In this document: positions 31,349 to 32,000 of the stretch, piece by piece | Layout of the letters: each line of letters starts with the position of its first letter | Numbering within the stretch: the stretch's first letter is position 1 | DNA from: Candidatus Omnitrophota bacterium | GTDB taxonomy: Bacteria; Omnitrophota; Gorgyraeia; Duberdicusellales; 4484-171 | Length of the DNA stretch: 32,000 nt | Direction of reading: 5' to 3' | NCBI GenBank assembly: GCA_021735045.1 | Contig: JAIPHU010000010.1 | Span: 10,468-42,467, forward strand | Notes under the pieces: generated by a model | Seen by the model: the letters and a program-made list of their open reading frames with translations, nothing else | Told to the model about the DNA's origin: nothing | Databases searched by the model: none | Translations under genes and position numbers: made by a program

Positions 31349-32000
31349 TTCTTTTTTAGCTTAAATAAAAAATCGTTTTTTCTTTTTTTTAGCATCCTTG
31401 CTTTATTCTTATCTTTTCATTTTAATCTTAATGCTTTTGCTGACACAGCGGATAAAAATAATTCTCAAGAACAACTTCAAATCTTACGGCAAAAACAGCA
31501 AACAGTAAACGATCTTTACCATCAGGCTAAATCTGCTTATGCAGAACAAAACTTTGACCAGGCCGAAAACCTTTTCAACCAAATCTTAAAAATTGACCCT
31601 CTTCATAGAAGTGCAGCTATCTATCTTGATCAATATATCCCGAACAAAAAACAACAATTAAAGGAAGCAGCCCAACGCGAAAAAGAAAGACAGCAGCGGA
31701 TCGCCCAAGAAAAGGCCGAACGAGAAGCTCGCCAAAAAAGATTAGCCGCAGAGCGTAAAGCCAGAGAAAAACAACAAGCTGCCGAACGAGCCAAGCAAGA
31801 AAAAATTAACAACTTTTACAATCAGGCTAAAGTTGCTTATTCCGAGGAAAACTTTGATCAGGCCGAAAACCTTTTCAAGCAAGTCCTAGAAATAGATCCT
31901 GAACACAGCGGAGCAGAAACTTACCTTAATAACTATATACCGAATAAAAAACAGCAACTTAAAGCAGCCGCCCAACGCGAAAAAGAAAGACAGCAGCGGA
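31349..32000 (+). CDS. secreted TPR-like / charged-helix repeat protein, partial (runs off the window), start undefined
   Basis: The frame is open from 31349 to the window end (217 codons), so it is absent from the ORF track. It begins with a signal-peptide-like FFFSLNKKSFFFLFFSILALFLSFHFNLNAFA|DTAD. Repeated units follow: LY.QAK.AY.E.NFDQAENLF.Q.L.IDP ... YIPNKKQQLK.AAQREKERQQR. There is no in-frame ATG/GTG/TTG (see findings). Confidence 0.7.
31511..32000 (+). repeat. 300-bp (100-aa) tandem coding repeat, at least 1.6 copies in the window
   Basis: ATCAGGCTAA occurs at 31521 and 31821. CCCAACGCGAAAAAGAAAGACAGCAGCGGA occurs at 31671-31700 and 31971-32000. The period is exactly 300 nt, and the copies have diverged at many codons. 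Confidence 0.9.

Overview
This is an AT-rich bacterial chromosomal segment, roughly 30% G+C by eye (not computed). Every credible gene lies on the + strand, and many neighbours overlap at start/stop. I saw no rRNA, tRNA, CRISPR array, transposase or phage gene.

Gene order:
- lipoprotein-like ORF, MBL-fold hydrolase, xerD-like recombinase, CCA/poly(A) polymerase-family nucleotidyltransferase
- rbfA, DHH/DHHA1 phosphoesterase, truB, ribF
- a near-complete dcw cluster: mraZ, small ORF, rsmH, ftsL-like, ftsI, murE, murF, mraY, murD, ftsW, murG, secreted HExxH peptidase, murC, murB, ddl, ftsQ, divergent ftsA-like
- a 630-aa unknown protein and an HD-GYP protein that share an N-terminal domain
- MGDG-synthase-like GT28, LpxL/PatA-family acyltransferase, four-helix-bundle (23S-IVS/Avd family) gene, GT2, pcm, small membrane protein
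- a 5'-anomalous secreted repeat protein that runs off the right edge

Observations most worth follow-up:
1. The four-helix-bundle gene is bracketed by mutually complementary short-motif arrays: 2x GGTTAATTGGTGAGT upstream and a perfect 10x TTAACCAA downstream. Two ORF-less elements of the same architecture but different motifs sit in dcw intergenic gaps.
2. The dcw cluster ends with an FtsA-like protein whose ATP-binding motifs look degenerate. No ftsZ follows it, and the ftsZ position is taken by a paralogous pair that includes a c-di-GMP HD-GYP phosphodiesterase.
3. Two extra genes are inserted in the otherwise canonical dcw order: a 60-aa basic ORF between mraZ and rsmH, and a secreted gluzincin between murG and murC.
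4. The last ORF has a signal peptide but no in-frame start codon. It is reachable only through a +1 shift at CTT TTT TAG.

Lineage cannot be assigned from sequence alone. It looks like an uncultivated, low-GC bacterium with meso-DAP-type peptidoglycan.
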